This document shows positions 45,805-58,827 of a stretch of DNA of 60,724 bases, one piece after another. The position numbers and the translations under genes were made by a program. How positions within the stretch are numbered: position 1 is the first letter of the stretch; every line of letters starts with the position of its first letter. Below the pieces are notes generated by a model, which was not told where the DNA came from, did no database searches, and saw only the letters and a list, made by a program, of their open reading frames with translations. This stretch comes from Nemertoderma westbladi (lineage: Eukaryota; Animalia; Xenacoelomorpha), in the NCBI GenBank assembly GCA_032718475.1, contig JAUCBJ010007414.1:1-60724 (forward strand), read 5' to 3'.

Positions 45805-48800
45805 GTAAATACAAGGCTCGAACCAACGATAGGAGAGAACAGGTTGCCAAGACCCCTCCTCAGTCTCCTAACAGAATGCACGGAAGAAAACCCGAAGAAA
45901 GAACGAGAGTGCATCAGGTTACCCAAGGTAAAGTGAGTAACATAAAACCTAACTGTGCGCTGTGCGACGGGACCCACCGTTTGAGTGCGTGTGCTGAATT
46001 TCTAAAGAAATCCCTTATAGACAGACGTGCAGTCGTGTGGGATAAGCGGTTATGCTATAATTGCCTCAGACCAGGACACCAACGGCGAACCTGTTACTCC
46101 GACGTAAAGTGTGCAAAGTGTAGCGCGAAACATCACATCTTGTTACACAGTGAGTTCGAACGAGACAACCCGAGTAAGGTAAGTGAGCTCGAACTACATG
46201 TCCAATTCAGTGATGTAAACGACACTGATCAAGAATCTGAGATGGAAGGATTCTATACTGACGAATTCTCCGACGCCAACGAATCCTGTTATCTAATCAA
46301 TACCGCGGTGTATCGAGCACTTACTTATGAAAAGGACACCGAAAATGAGTTACCCCCAACTACTTTTGCCAGACAACCATCTTGGAAAGCTCCAACTTCC
46401 AACGTAGGAATCAGAGAATTTCCTGTAGTGCAGGTAAGAGTTCACGGTCCTAACAAAAGTTACATAGTGAACGCACTCCTTGACTCCGGCAGCACAGGAA
46501 CATTCATCGATCAAGAACTAGCCGAAGATATCTTTGCTGGACAACCCAAATTCCGGACTAAATTGAATATGTCAGGAATTATGCAGGTTTGGAAATCGAC
46601 CCTAACGGCAGACTACTATGTAGGTGTGTTGTCCACCCCCCAGGATAAATTAGGAGCACAAGGTATAAGGTCGGTAAAAATGGTGGCTATAAAGAACTTC
46701 GCTACTACTCAAGCAGACCTTTATAATTGGGACGAGGATGAGAGCATCCAATATCTTAAGATACCTCGATTCCAGACAGATTATCCTGGAGTGCAAATAC
46801 TCATCGGCCAAAACGCGCATGAGGCGCTCGAGACATTGGAGAAACGGCCTACTCAACCGCAGCCACTGCAAACCTATGCGGTAAGAACCAGAGTAGGTTG
46901 GTACTTTACTGGCCCTTCTCGCAGAACTCTCGAAGAGAGAATGCCACAAGAACGAATATACCAAGTAAACGATGGGGAAGTGGAGAGCAGTGAGGTGGAC
47001 GAACTAACCGAAGGAACACCATACTCCTCAGATAATGATGACATCTACCAACTCTTCGATGAAGAGAACACAATCGACCTACTTACAGAAAACAAAACGT
47101 GGAAAAACCAGGTGAACCTATGCCAACTGATTCGCCCATCGGGACCCATTGATTACAATGACGAACTAAATGACGAGATAGAGCGCTGCAACGCTAGAAC
47201 TCAGGACGAACTCGCCGTACGATTCTTTACTCAAGAACTGGTAGAGCCCAATTCATACGATAAGGCCCTATCGATAGAAGAAGAAAGAGCCAAGCAAATC
47301 CAGGAAACAACTACACGTTTTTTAAAGGACCAAGGTAGATATGAAATCTTCCTACCATTTCGAAAACGAGAACCTAGATTTATAAATAACAGACCCTTGG
47401 CAGAGAAAAGAATCGCTCAATTACATCGACGCCTTACGGCTAATGCTTCAGCTAAAGAAATGTACCAAACTCAGTTGAAGAAATTTATAACAAAGGGATA
47501 CGCGGAGTGAGTACCGGAAGGAACACCAGTGACTGAGAGAACGTATTACTTAACACATCATTACGTTCCCAAACCCGGTAAACCCCACGAAGTACGAGTC
47601 GTATTCGATGGCTCCGCTCTATATATGGGCCAATCCCTCAATTCCGAGTTGTTACCAGGACCCAACTTACTCCAATCTTTGTTGGGAATACTTTTAAGAT
47701 TAAGACAATATTCCATCGCGTTCGCCTCCGATATAGAAGGAATGTTCTTACAAGTCAAGGCGCTGGATAGAGATAGAGACAGCCTGAGATTTCTGTGGTG
47801 GCCTGAAGGATATCTCAACCAGAAACCGGAGGAGTACTGGATGACCATCCAGGCTTTTGGGATCATATCTAGCCCTTCCAATGCCTGCTCCGTGGTGCGG
47901 ACCACTGCGAATGACAACCGAGACGCCTTCTCAAAAGAGGTGATAGACAACATCAAGCGTAATATATACATGGACGATAATTTAAGGTCCCTTCCATCAG
48001 TAGAAGAAGCCATTGATGTCGCGAAAGGAACGGTAGAGTGTTTGAAAAGAGGTGGATTTCGACTGACGAAATTCACCAGCAACTCCCGTGAGTTTCTGGA
48101 AGCGATACCGGTAGAAGACCGAGGAACGAAAGACCTAGACTTAATAAAGGATGATCTTCCAGAAACCAAGACGCTTGGCTTGAAGTGGGACACTGAAAGA
48201 GACATCCTGTTTTTTCAGTTAAAACAGCGAGATAATCCAGTTCGGACAAAACGGATTTGTTTAAGTATCCTGAGCACTTATTTCGACCCATTGGGATTTA
48301 TTTGCCCAGTTATATTGATTGCTCGGAGTTTAGTACAACAAATGTGGCTTGAAAACCACTCATGGGACGATCCGCTTAAGGGAGAACTGTTAAAGAAATG
48401 GATGAAATGGGAAGATTCTCTACCTGCCATCGAGAACTTTATAATTTCCCGTGCATATTTTGGTCATGTTCTTCCTACGTATTCCTATCAACTCCATGTG
48501 TTTGGAGACGCCAGCAACATGGGAATAGGTATAGTAGCATATCTGCGAGTCGAAACTCCGGAGGGAATCAAAGTCACCTTGGTTACCTCTAAGGCATTGA
48601 TTAACAACAAGTTAAAGGTTCCTCGAGCGGAGTTAAAGGCGGCTTTATACGCTACAGCCATCGGCCGGAACGTAACAGAACAAATCGACTATCCACTGGA
48701 GAAAACGGTTTATTGGACCGACGCTTTACTCGTGTTGGAGTATCTAACCAATGAAGTCTGTCAGTTCAGCGTTTTTGTTACTAACAGGGTAGCTATTATT

Positions 48801-50851
48801 CTTAGTCGCACAAAGATAGATCAATGGAGACATTGCCCTGGTACGATTAATCCAACCGATATCGCCTCCCGGGGAGCAACTCCACAGGAACTGATAGGTA
48901 CTCCAGACTGGTTGGGTGGACCCGACTTCCTGAGCAAGGAAGAGGATGAATGGCCTCCTCACCTTACTACGGCGGAGATTAGACAAGCCAAGGGAGCGGA
49001 GACAGTCAAACCTAAAACCCGGGCGAGTAAATCGAAGTTATTTAAACCGACTATCGATCTATCTGTATTACATACTTCCAGGAATGATGCTTCGGATCCA
49101 CAATCCCTCAACACAAATAAGTCTGTTGTGGAAATTAGAGATAGAGACTGGAAATCTGGAATACCTGACATCTCGCAAGGAATCTCACCCCTGCTGCAGA
49201 GAGCAATGCATCACTACAGTTCCTGGAATCGGCTCTGTAAACCGTCACGTATTTAAGGAGATGTTTTCATCATCACTACTCCAGGACGAAGACCATTAGT
49301 GATACCGCTCCATTGACATCTGCGCAAGTTCATGTTATTAAAAATTTACCCAAATATAAAACATCCGACCGGTTTCTAAAGGAGAAAATTAGTCACCAGG
49401 AGCATGAAGAAACAAATAAGCAGATACTGAGACTCCTGCAATGCTATGAGGATTCCGATAAGTATTTCCTGTTGTTGAGAAATCCGCAGATGCGCTTACG
49501 GGATCGCTTCTCTAGCACAATGATAGATGGGTTAATACGTGTTGGAGGAAGGCTCACCAATGCGCCATTATCCTTTGACACTAAATTCCCCATACTCATT
49601 AGAAATCTTGAAGTACAAATCAAGATGATTGTAGATGTTCACAGCAAACTTTACCATGCTGGTAGAGAACGAGTTCTTAGCGAAATTCGAACTCGCTATT
49701 ATTTTGATAAACCCCGTAGAGCTCTGAACCAAGTTCTTAGGAACTGCATACCCTGTAGGAAAGCATTCAGTTGGCCTTTAACACAGCGAAAGGCAGAATT
49801 ACCTAGGGAACGAGTAAGCTTCTATGAACCACCTTTTACTAATACTGGTGTAGATTTATTTGGCCCTATTGAAGTATATCGTGCTAGGACTATAGTCAAG
49901 AGATGGTGTGTCATCTTCGTATGCATGACTTGTAGAGCCATCCATCTCGATATGGTGAACGATCTATCTACCAACAGCTTCGTCTTAAGTTTACGCCGAC
50001 AGATCGCTCGCTTCGGGACGAGTAATACCATGAGATCGGATAAGGGAACGAACTTCATTGGTGCCAACAACGAAATACAGGCTTACGTGAAGGACTGGAA
50101 CCAAAGACAGGTGGACGATCAGCTAAGGATAACAGCGTCTAGCTGGACCTTCAACGCCGCCGACGCCCCTTGGTGGGGAGGAAGTTGGGAGAGATTAATT
50201 AGAAGTGTCAAGACCGCATTTCACTTTATAGTGCCATGCCGCGCGTATCTCACCGACGAACTTTTGCGGACATTAATGGAGGAAATAGCTGCCTATCTCA
50301 ACGAGAGACCGCTTATGCCAGTCTCATTGAGTCCCGATTCCCTGGAAGCGCTAACACCCGCGCACTTCCTACTGAAGAAACCTGTAGCCATGCTCCCACG
50401 ATCGGAGATTGCCGACGGAGACGAATACTGCCGTCGAACTTGGCAAAGTATGCAGTTGCTATCCCGTTGTTTCACTGACCATTTCGAGAAACATTATCTG
50501 CCCACGCTACAACTTCGAACTAAGTGGTTTGCGCAGCAAGAAAACGTCAGCGCCGGAGATATGGTGCTTATTGTAGATCCAGACCTCCCACGTAAACGGT
50601 GGCAGACAGGTCGTATCATCGAGACTCACATCTCGGATGATGGTTTAGTACGCTCGGTAGAACTCGTTGTCATGCGGCGTAACTTCAAGAAGCCAGGCAT
50701 AATCTTTGAGACGCAACAACTCAATCGCCCAGTTGGTCGTTTATGTTTACTGGAAAGAGACAGAGAACTCTCCGGAAACTATGGAAGGCAAGACACTCTT
50801 CCCACGACCACCTCCCTAATTCCTCAAACATCTAGGGACTCCCCAACGTGA
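45702..50851 (+). pseudogene. pol: BEL zinc knuckles plus pol (PR, RT, RNase H, IN), interrupted
   Basis: CALC..H..C, CYNC..GH..C, CAKC..HH; LLDSGS; YMDD; VFGDAS; HHCC plus VDLFG / SDKG / WERL. In-frame TGA at 47508-47510 and a 1-nt deletion near 49240. Confidence 0.93.
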
Positions 50852-51078
50852 TACGTCTGGAGTGACTATATGACTATATTATTTTATCTATTTTATTGTA
50901 TTTTATATGTGAACATTATTTGTTGTATTGAACATTATATGTGAACAGTTATGACAACGATTACATCCTAGAATAGTATCAAGGTCCACAGTGTCTCACT
51001 GCGTACGATTATCACCATGCCAACTATGTTTCTCGGCAACGTTGTCGGTTATGCGCATCGAGAGACCATGCTACGCCC

Positions 51079-51972
51079 ATGGACACAAACGTCCGCTGTT
51101 CCTATTTCCACGAACAACCGGCGATGGAAATTTATTGCGCGTATTGCAGACTCAATAACTTGCACATTTTTGCGGTTTGCCCTCAATTTATGACTCAATG
51201 TCACCATTGTCAACTAAAGGGACACGCCAGTTTCGATTGCCCTTTTAATCGCGATTTGGAAAGCGTAGATGAAATGATCACACTACGTTACATCAGAGCT
51301 TGGGAAGCGAACGCTGATTTATATTGTGATTTGCGCCATCGCTATTATCCTGGACGCGCTTACGAAGGAGTTTATGCGTTCCATCCTTACCTATTCGCTT
51401 CTGTCGAACAGAAATCACGCATATCGAGTTACGAACTACTGAAGCACGTCGGAGAATGTATTTCAACCAAGTTCGTACGCAAATTTCTTAGGAGTGTTAA
51501 TCCTAGCGACCTTCATTCCTATAACTTAATCAATTATATCCGTCAGGACCCAGACTATGGAGACTTATTTGTTAACTCACACCCCGAGTTACAGGAAGTA
51601 TATCGATGGCCTTACGAATACCGAGCCCGCGAATGCGAGTTGGAAAGAACCATTAAACCCAGGAAGTTTCTGACTGCCTATGGTCCACCCACGGCTCTCG
51701 TTCAGACCACTCGTAAAGGACCCGTAAGAGCGGCTGTCTTAAAACGCGCTCTCAAAGCCGTTAGACCCCTCTCCCCCGACGTTGATGTCAATCAACCCGG
51801 CACTTCGACTGGCGGATACACCGACCATAATCCTACACCCTCTGATGCAATTATATTGCACCCTTCACCCAGGAGTTATAGCCCTCCTTGTAAGGTGGCT
51901 CGCCCCAAAGAGAAAAGGACTCTGGCCAGCTTTAAAAAACTGCGTAAACGCCGTCCGCGCAAGAAAGGCTAA
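51079..51972 (+). CDS. Accessory ORF of the BEL element, 297 aa, two CCHC knuckles and a basic tail
   Basis: Intact ATG ORF between IN and the 3' LTR; CAYC-x5-H-x4-C and CHHC-x4-H-x4-C; KKLRKRRPRKKG. Confidence 0.75.
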   Translation: MDTNVRCSYFHEQPAMEIYCAYCRLNNLHIFAVCPQFMTQCHHCQLKGHASFDCPFNRDLESVDEMITLRYIRAWEANADLYCDLRHRYYPGRAYEGVYAFHPYLFASVEQKSRISSYELLKHVGECISTKFVRKFLRSVNPSDLHSYNLINYIRQDPDYGDLFVNSHPELQEVYRWPYEYRARECELERTIKPRKFLTAYGPPTALVQTTRKGPVRAAVLKRALKAVRPLSPDVDVNQPGTSTGGYTDHNPTPSDAIILHPSPRSYSPPCKVARPKEKRTLASFKKLRKRRPRKKG

Positions 51973-52050
51973 CTGTTTAGAGTATTTACATATATTAGAA
52001 ACTGTGATTTTTGTATATTTATAAACTTGAATCCCATTTTCTGGGAGCGG

Positions 52051-53232
52051 TGTAAAAGCTTTTGCGGATATACTCAGTCCCCCTCGCCCGCAAGGTACCG
52101 TTATAGGTGTTTTAACGGACATAAAAGTCATTCTTCTATATGCGTGCTTTGGCGGACATGGTAAGGCAAAAAACCCGCAATGCACCAAATACCCTGGCAC
52201 AGCTTAGCCTTGATGATTCAGATTACGACATCTAACAGCTGGTTGCTGACATGGAAACGGCCATTGGACACATGGTTCTTTGTTTAGCTTAACAGCCAAT
52301 CAGAGCGATTTTTTCTGTCGATGTGGAGATATTTGGCCGATCGTGCTAGGAGTGTTCGGTCTTACTGTTTTTCTTGATACTGTTGTGTTGTTTCTATTTA
52401 GGCCAGGAACACCGGCTCTAGAGTCAATTCGTTTTTCATACTTTAGAAGAAACATTAGTAGGCTTAAATTATAGAGCGTATAACTGTTATCGGTGCAACT
52501 CCGTTCAGTCTTGCATTATCGGTTCAACATACATTATTATACTGCTATTTACTGTTGTCATATTTTGTATCAGTTGGTTGAATATTATTTGGAGAACATC
52601 TATAAAGAACCCAAATTTCCCAATTTTCTTGATACACTACAGGTTAGAGAGACGGGTTATATATAGCGATTGCGACTTATATTATTGTGGTTTGTAGTGA
52701 ATTTAAGGCTATTTGATAAGCACTACATGAGTCAGTTGCTGTTCTCTTTATATATGATAAAATTCATTGACGGTTGGCAAATTAGTGAGCAGTATTGTGT
52801 GTTACCGGTAGTGTGCATGATTGTGGCTGATAACTAAGCATTTCCTAAAGAATGCGCCTCATACGTGAATCATAAGCCTTACAGACTTACCGTTGTGTTT
52901 AGTACAAGTCATATCTCTGTTTACCTAGATAGAGCGCCACGTCCTAAAGGAACTGTTAATATTTCCCGAAAGTGAATAATATTAGTCAGAAATTATTTAT
53001 TAACGATCAATCGAATAATACAGTAAGCTTACACTGCAATAATAATCTAAGCCCTCAGAATCCAGTCTCCCGGGTATATCCAGCGGGTGAATGGACGCGC
53101 ACTAGGCTGGCTTCTGCTAATGTTGTGTTTATTGGTATTTAATATTTGTCAACTTCTAAAGTCTATTTATAAACCAAAAGACATATAAATTTTGGCAGGT
53201 TAAACTGCTAAAGGTCTTCAAAAGCGCGTACA
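52051..53232 (+). repeat. 3' LTR
   Basis: Direct repeat of 39351-40532. Confidence 0.98.
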
Positions 53233-54134
53233 GATTTCTAATTGATATTGCTCGAAGACTATTTGGTTTTTCCCATAGCAACGGTGTTTTTTTAAGGTTC
53301 ATCTCAGTAAGATCTAAAAAATGTTCAATCATCGCTATGGCCCACCTATTACTGTTAATTAGTACTAATTAGCCGAAAACTAATTAGCTTCGTATCTCGA
53401 ATACGCTAAGAGCTATGAAAAAACGTAACATTACAAAGTTGTTCAGAATTTTATTCTGCACAAAAAGTATCTTGGACCGATGCCGCATCTCCTACCGTTA
53501 ATTAGTAATTCACTAATTACTTAATAACCTAATCCAGTGCCTGGGGGCACCCAAATCTTTATAAATTGTTGTATAAATAAATAAATAAATATTAATAAAT
53601 AAAATAAATAAGTCGGCCATGCACTCGCATGGTGCAAATGCTCCATTTGCGCTCTCCAACTGGATGCAGATTGGTACAGCTGAGACAGGAACTGGTGGGA
53701 AAGGAATGAAATTATGTACACCATGACCCGTAATACAGTATAGTATCATAATTTCTGATGACACGGACCCCCCCCCCCCCCCCCCCCAACGTTTTCTACA
53801 AATGTTAATCATATTGCTTGAAATTTGAAACACAACTAGTTCCACCAACGTCGATGTCCACATGAAGCCGGAATTTTCCATTTTGCCTGTAAATTTTTCC
53901 TATAAAAATCTTAAAAAAGTGTCTTTTGCGAAATTGCACATCTCCTATCGTCGCCATTCTTAATATTATTATTATTCTTTTTAATCAATTAAATGTATGT
54001 TTATTCAGCCACATAATATGATACTGATATGCTAACATTAAAATCAATGTACTATAAAATAAACTTAGTAATTTACGAATACACGGCACAGGTATAATAG
54101 TACAAATGTGGGGTGAGTAAAGTAATTAAGCGCA

Positions 54135-54980
54135 CTTTATTTTGTTATAATAATAGTTTTTAGTTCCCCTTTCCCCCCTTAACCACCCCAGATCCCGGTC
54201 CCATCACCGAATCCGAGACCTCGCCACGACCTCCGACCCCCACGGAGGCTGAGCGAACATGACCGAAGTAGTGCAAACTGCAGTCTCCGCCGGACGACAC
54301 CCAAGACACAGGCATAGCCACGGTTTCGCATAGACTCTCGCCTTGCCACCAGTACTTCTGTGAGGTGTGTGATGAGGATTTTGGCCTCGGCACACCAGAC
54401 ACCATCTGTGGTTCCCACCAGTGGTGTGAAGGCCATCCGTCGATCTTCACACACTGGCTGGTAGTGTGTCCTTCTTTTGGCGCGCCCGCTGCTCGAGGAG
54501 GGATTCTGTCGACCGGTTGGTTTGAATGTAGGAGGTAGCGTCAGGGTTAATAACCGCAATGTCGAACGACGCTATCTGCTGATTGGACCATACCCCCCGG
54601 CTGACCAGGTCTGCGCGCACCCCACCCACCACTCCACCCTCCGCGTCCAGATGACCACGAGAGAGAGTGACCTCACGCTCCACACTGGATGCACCGAAGG
54701 CTGAAGCCAGTAGTTCACCGTAGACCTCCCTCAGCTCGTCATGGCGCTTGATGACGAGGCCTCCTGACTTGCAGCTGAGGGCATGCGTAGTAGTGAAGTG
54801 GCCGCCGCAGCCCTCGCATTTGTTGGGGAGACCTGGTGGAACCAAACCATAGCGAAGGGCGAGACTGTCTCGGAACTCATCGGGGATTAAGTCTGTGTGG
54901 TCCACGGCCGATGGTTGGGCTGTGAGTCAGCCACCAGTGTTTTTCGTAATGGCCCGTTCTACAGTTCGACGGCGACGGCG
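54135..54980 (-). mobile_element. CRE-clade (restriction-like endonuclease) LINE 3' fragment
   Basis: FRDSLALRYG, CEGC..HALSC..GG..KRHDE, RADL..RGVW..FDIAVINPDA, RRRLQFALLRS; frameshifted; TAA-rich tail. Confidence 0.85.
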
Positions 54981-55286
54981 ATCAATTAAATTGATATAGT
55001 AAAAATAATTATGCAATAAAATTGATAACAGTCCTATAAAAATATATCAGTCTTTTACAGTCCTGTTCTAAATAACCCGAAAAATTCCAGAATCCTCTGG
55101 TGTTTTGTGGCAAAGTTGATGTCCGTTAGACTATAGCAATTGGAGATGAAGCATGCAACTGCTTTCGTTTCCGTCAACGATATTTGTTATATATTTGTAT
55201 TTGTTTCTTAATCGGTTTTTAAGGTTGCGTTTACAGTAATCGAAAGTTAAAATAGACTCTAAGGCTGGTAGATCGTATTGGTTTCT

Positions 55287-56190
55287 CTGGTGGGGCTGAA
55301 CCAACTTTTTATAAAAGAAAAATGCCCGGCCAAACTGATTTCATTTCTTGGGGCACTTCAACGCCCTGATTCCAAAAATGATATTTTCAAAATCTTTTGC
55401 TGGTGTCTTTTTCTTAAAATTACTAAATAAATTAGTAATACTATTTATAATCGCTGACTTAACCTAAATTACACTACACTGTTTAGGTAAGCTAGTTAAT
55501 GCAATATATCACCATATCACTAAAAATCAGACTTCGACATAAATAACAGACTTAGGGAATATGCTTATTTGAACCGCAATGGTCGAATTAGTAGTTGTAG
55601 ACTCCATCAAAACAATAGTAGTATAAAAAAATTGATATTTTTTGTGATATTGTGATATATTGATATTGAATTGCTGAAGTTATGTGCTCATTTATGTGAT
55701 CGCGCTCACATTTTGACCGATATCTCGAGAAGCAATAACTCGACCATTGTTTTGATGGGGGTCTACCCCCACTAAATCGACCATTGCGGTTCGAATGATA
55801 CTAATATCAATGCAATAGCAGTACGGTAAATTGATAATCACTACAATTGAATATATTAGCCAGTTTGCTAATATAATATTAATATTATTTTATATTTAAT
55901 TTATTTAATTACTCTAAAAGACACCGACGAAATATTATAAAATTAACAGATTCGAAATCAGGTTGATTGAAATTCTCGATAAATGCTATAATTTGGTCTG
56001 GGTATTTTTTATAATATATATAAATAGCATTATAGTATTACTAATTTATTTAGAAAATTTAAGAAAAAGACACCAGCAAAAGATTTTGAAAATATCAGGG
56101 TCGGAACCAGGGTGTTGAAGTATACCAAAAAATGAAATCAGTTAGTTTGGGGAATTTTATTTTATAAAACATTGGTTCAGCCCCACCGTG
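55287..56190. mobile_element. MITE with TIRs of about 160 bp (CACGGTGGGG end, Transib-like)
   Basis: 55289-55445 inverted versus 56032-56188; inner inverted pair 55570-55618 / 55745-55795. Confidence 0.7.
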
Positions 56191-56670
56191 ACTTTGAGCT
56201 TTTTGGTAAGTATTTGCAGCTTCCTACTGGAAAGATCACTACTGAAATCAGTTTCCATAAGAATCCTGAGAAAGGTTTGTAGAAGTAAGTTTGGACTAGT
56301 TTTGACCCGAAGTATGCACTTTAAGCAAGATCTGAATGACTTACAACTTATATCACCAGTGTGAAAAAGTTCGTAGAGAACTGAATTCTGAACATAGTTC
56401 CCAACATGAAGCAAACCCCGCAAAATTTTCCTATAGAACGCATCCATCAACTTCAATTTTGTGTTGAAGAGTGAATGATTCAACACTGAAAGTGAGGCTA
56501 TAAAGAATAGAAAGGAGTGCGATACTGTTCCATAAGTGGAGTTACTGTACTAACGGGTAACTTCCGAACTGTCCATCCGCGCCGATGAAACTTAGCAGAA
56601 TGTATTGTTAGAAGGCGAATACAATGGGAGTATAAAAACTGGGGGTTCGGTTGGTGATCTGGTATCCCAA
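56191..56670 (-). mobile_element. Decayed LINE ORF2 fragment
   Basis: MDAFYRKILRGLLHVGNYVQNSVLYELF resembles the post-RT region of LINEs. Confidence 0.5.
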
Positions 56671-58827
56671 AAAGGTGATTTAGTGAAGAATTTTCCATAT
56701 CATTAGAAAGCTTGCGTTGCAAGCATTCCAAATGCAACGCGTTCAAAGATTGCAAGACGTATCGTTTGCTGAAGGCCATTTATTATATTTAATAGATACA
56801 TAAAATTCTAGAATGAGTTATTTATTTTATGAATTGGTGGTTGCGTAGCTAATCATACATAAACAAAATGTTCCAGAACATTGTGTATAATTTTTTTAAA
56901 TAGAATAACTGGCCCTCAGCGAACGATACTTCTTGCAATCTTTGAACGCCCGTATCTCAGCTGTTTCTCAACGAAATTCAACAAAAATCGAATTGCATTT
57001 GGAATCCTTGCAAAGCAAGCTCTCTAATGGTATGAAAAATTCACTAATGATTATCAATGAGATTAATTATTGTGAAGTATGGCGACGATAGGAGATGTGC
57101 AATTTCGCAAAAGACACTTTTTTAAAACGAATATTAAACAAATTTACAGGCAAAATCGAAAATTCCGGCTTCATGTGGACATCGACGGTGAGTGGAACTA
57201 GTTGTTCAAGAAATATGATAAAGACTAGTAGAAAAAGTTTGGGGGGGGGGGGGGGGGGTCCGTGTCATCATAAAATGACACTATATTACCGGTCATGGTG
57301 TAATTGTTAGGGAAAATAAGGTAGTTTCAGCAGGAAAAGGCTAATAGGAAAAGTTATATGGAAAGGTATTGGGTGGAATGCAGGGTTACCCCTCGGTTCG
57401 GATGGTTCATCCACCACGAAACGCGGACCAGTACGATACAAATCGTGGAGATCAGAAGCATCCCCATTCCTCTGTAGTCTGATTCAAAAGACAAAACAAA
57501 CTGATATTGTACCTTTACCAATACTACCGGTATAGGTGGAGCTTTTCTAGCGTCGCGATCTTCGCGAATGTTCTAGAAGAAAATATGTTAGTTCTACAAT
57601 GTTAGTTAAATAATTTAGTGTTCTCGAATATTTATTACGTAACTAGAGAGCCGCTTAACAACATAAACCAATATTGGATATTGAGTTCCGTTTTGGAGTA
57701 CCTACGCTTGCAGACACTGAAGTTGCAAATAACGTTTAAGTGTGCGAATGGATTTTGCTCAAATTACGTGCAAACAATTTCTACGTCGATGTTCTTTCAA
57801 CACATTTAATAAAATTTAAGAAATTCCAATAAATATATTTTATTTTACTTTTTCCGCCGGGAAAAAAGTAAAATCAATGCAATCTTATGGGTTACTTTTT
57901 TCCCTATGGAAAAAAATGAAACTTTTTCACCCGATTTTGGTCTAAATTCGAGCGAAAAAGTAACAATTTAAGAATAAAAACTGTTTTTAACGAATGGTGT
58001 GCTTTTTAGAAATCAAATCGTATGTTAAATTATTATAATATAAATATCTTTATTTGTTATAATTTATTCAAATTTAGGTTATAACTAAATACGAACTACA
58101 TAAAAATTTGAAGTTTTTTGAAGTTACAGTAGTTGAATACAATGTTTTTTTAGTGTACGTCAAACACAGTCATCATACTACTGTATTACGTTTCATTCAC
58201 AGTATTAAAGTTATCATGTTGTGTTACATGATGTAAGGAGGGAGTCCTGCAGTCTCTTTAGTATAAGAATCAATACAAGTGAGGTTGTGTTGTTATAAAG
58301 TACTGTACATTCGATCAATTTTTACAAACTAGAGAATTGTGGCAATGTTAATTATTTCATAGAGTTATGTACTGTGGGGCGAGCCAAGAAAATAAGCGAG
58401 CTTAGCATAAGGGTAGTACCACTATCTCAATCGGTGTGTCTGTCGTTCTTAGATCCGTGTTATTAAACGTTAATAATTCAGCCCCCTCTATGAAATATAT
58501 TTATTGGGTGATAGTGTTAACCAATGAACCCAATATACTTTTTGGTGCAACGGGAAAATCCGTTCGGGGAAGAAAATTAATAAATAAAGAAACCGCAAGG
58601 TGGTGTCATGAAAATTAAGTCTCATCTCACTGCTTACTGTATACAAATAAAGTCAATCAACAAAGTAGTTAAATAATGGGTCGAGGGGGATGCTAAAATC
58701 ACTACACAGACTCGACATAAGCTGAGGGTAAGGTAGAAAGCTGAACAGCCAATACAATTACAGGAGGCGTTTAGTTGCTAAGATGCACTGTCAAGACAAC
58801 GGAATAAATAATAACAGAAACAGCTGG

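Larger units (their letters stand above)
39351..53232 (+). mobile_element. Full-length BEL/Pao LTR retrotransposon
   Basis: Two 1182-bp TG..CA LTRs; 5-bp TSD GATTT (39346-39350, 53233-53237); gag-PR-RT-RH-IN order; BEL triple zinc knuckle; purine-rich GGGAGCGG before the 3' LTR. Confidence 0.98.
53719..57300. mobile_element. Long-TIR element with TA flanks (Tc1/mariner-like, non-autonomous) containing nested inserts
   Basis: TA|CACCATGACC ... GGTCATGGTG|TA; 53719-53957 is a diverged inverted copy of 57079-57300. Confidence 0.65.

Noticed and set aside
51079-51972. ORF3 as env or as a captured nanos gene
   Set aside because: No signal peptide, TM segment or fusogen features; CCHC spacing differs from the nanos pattern.
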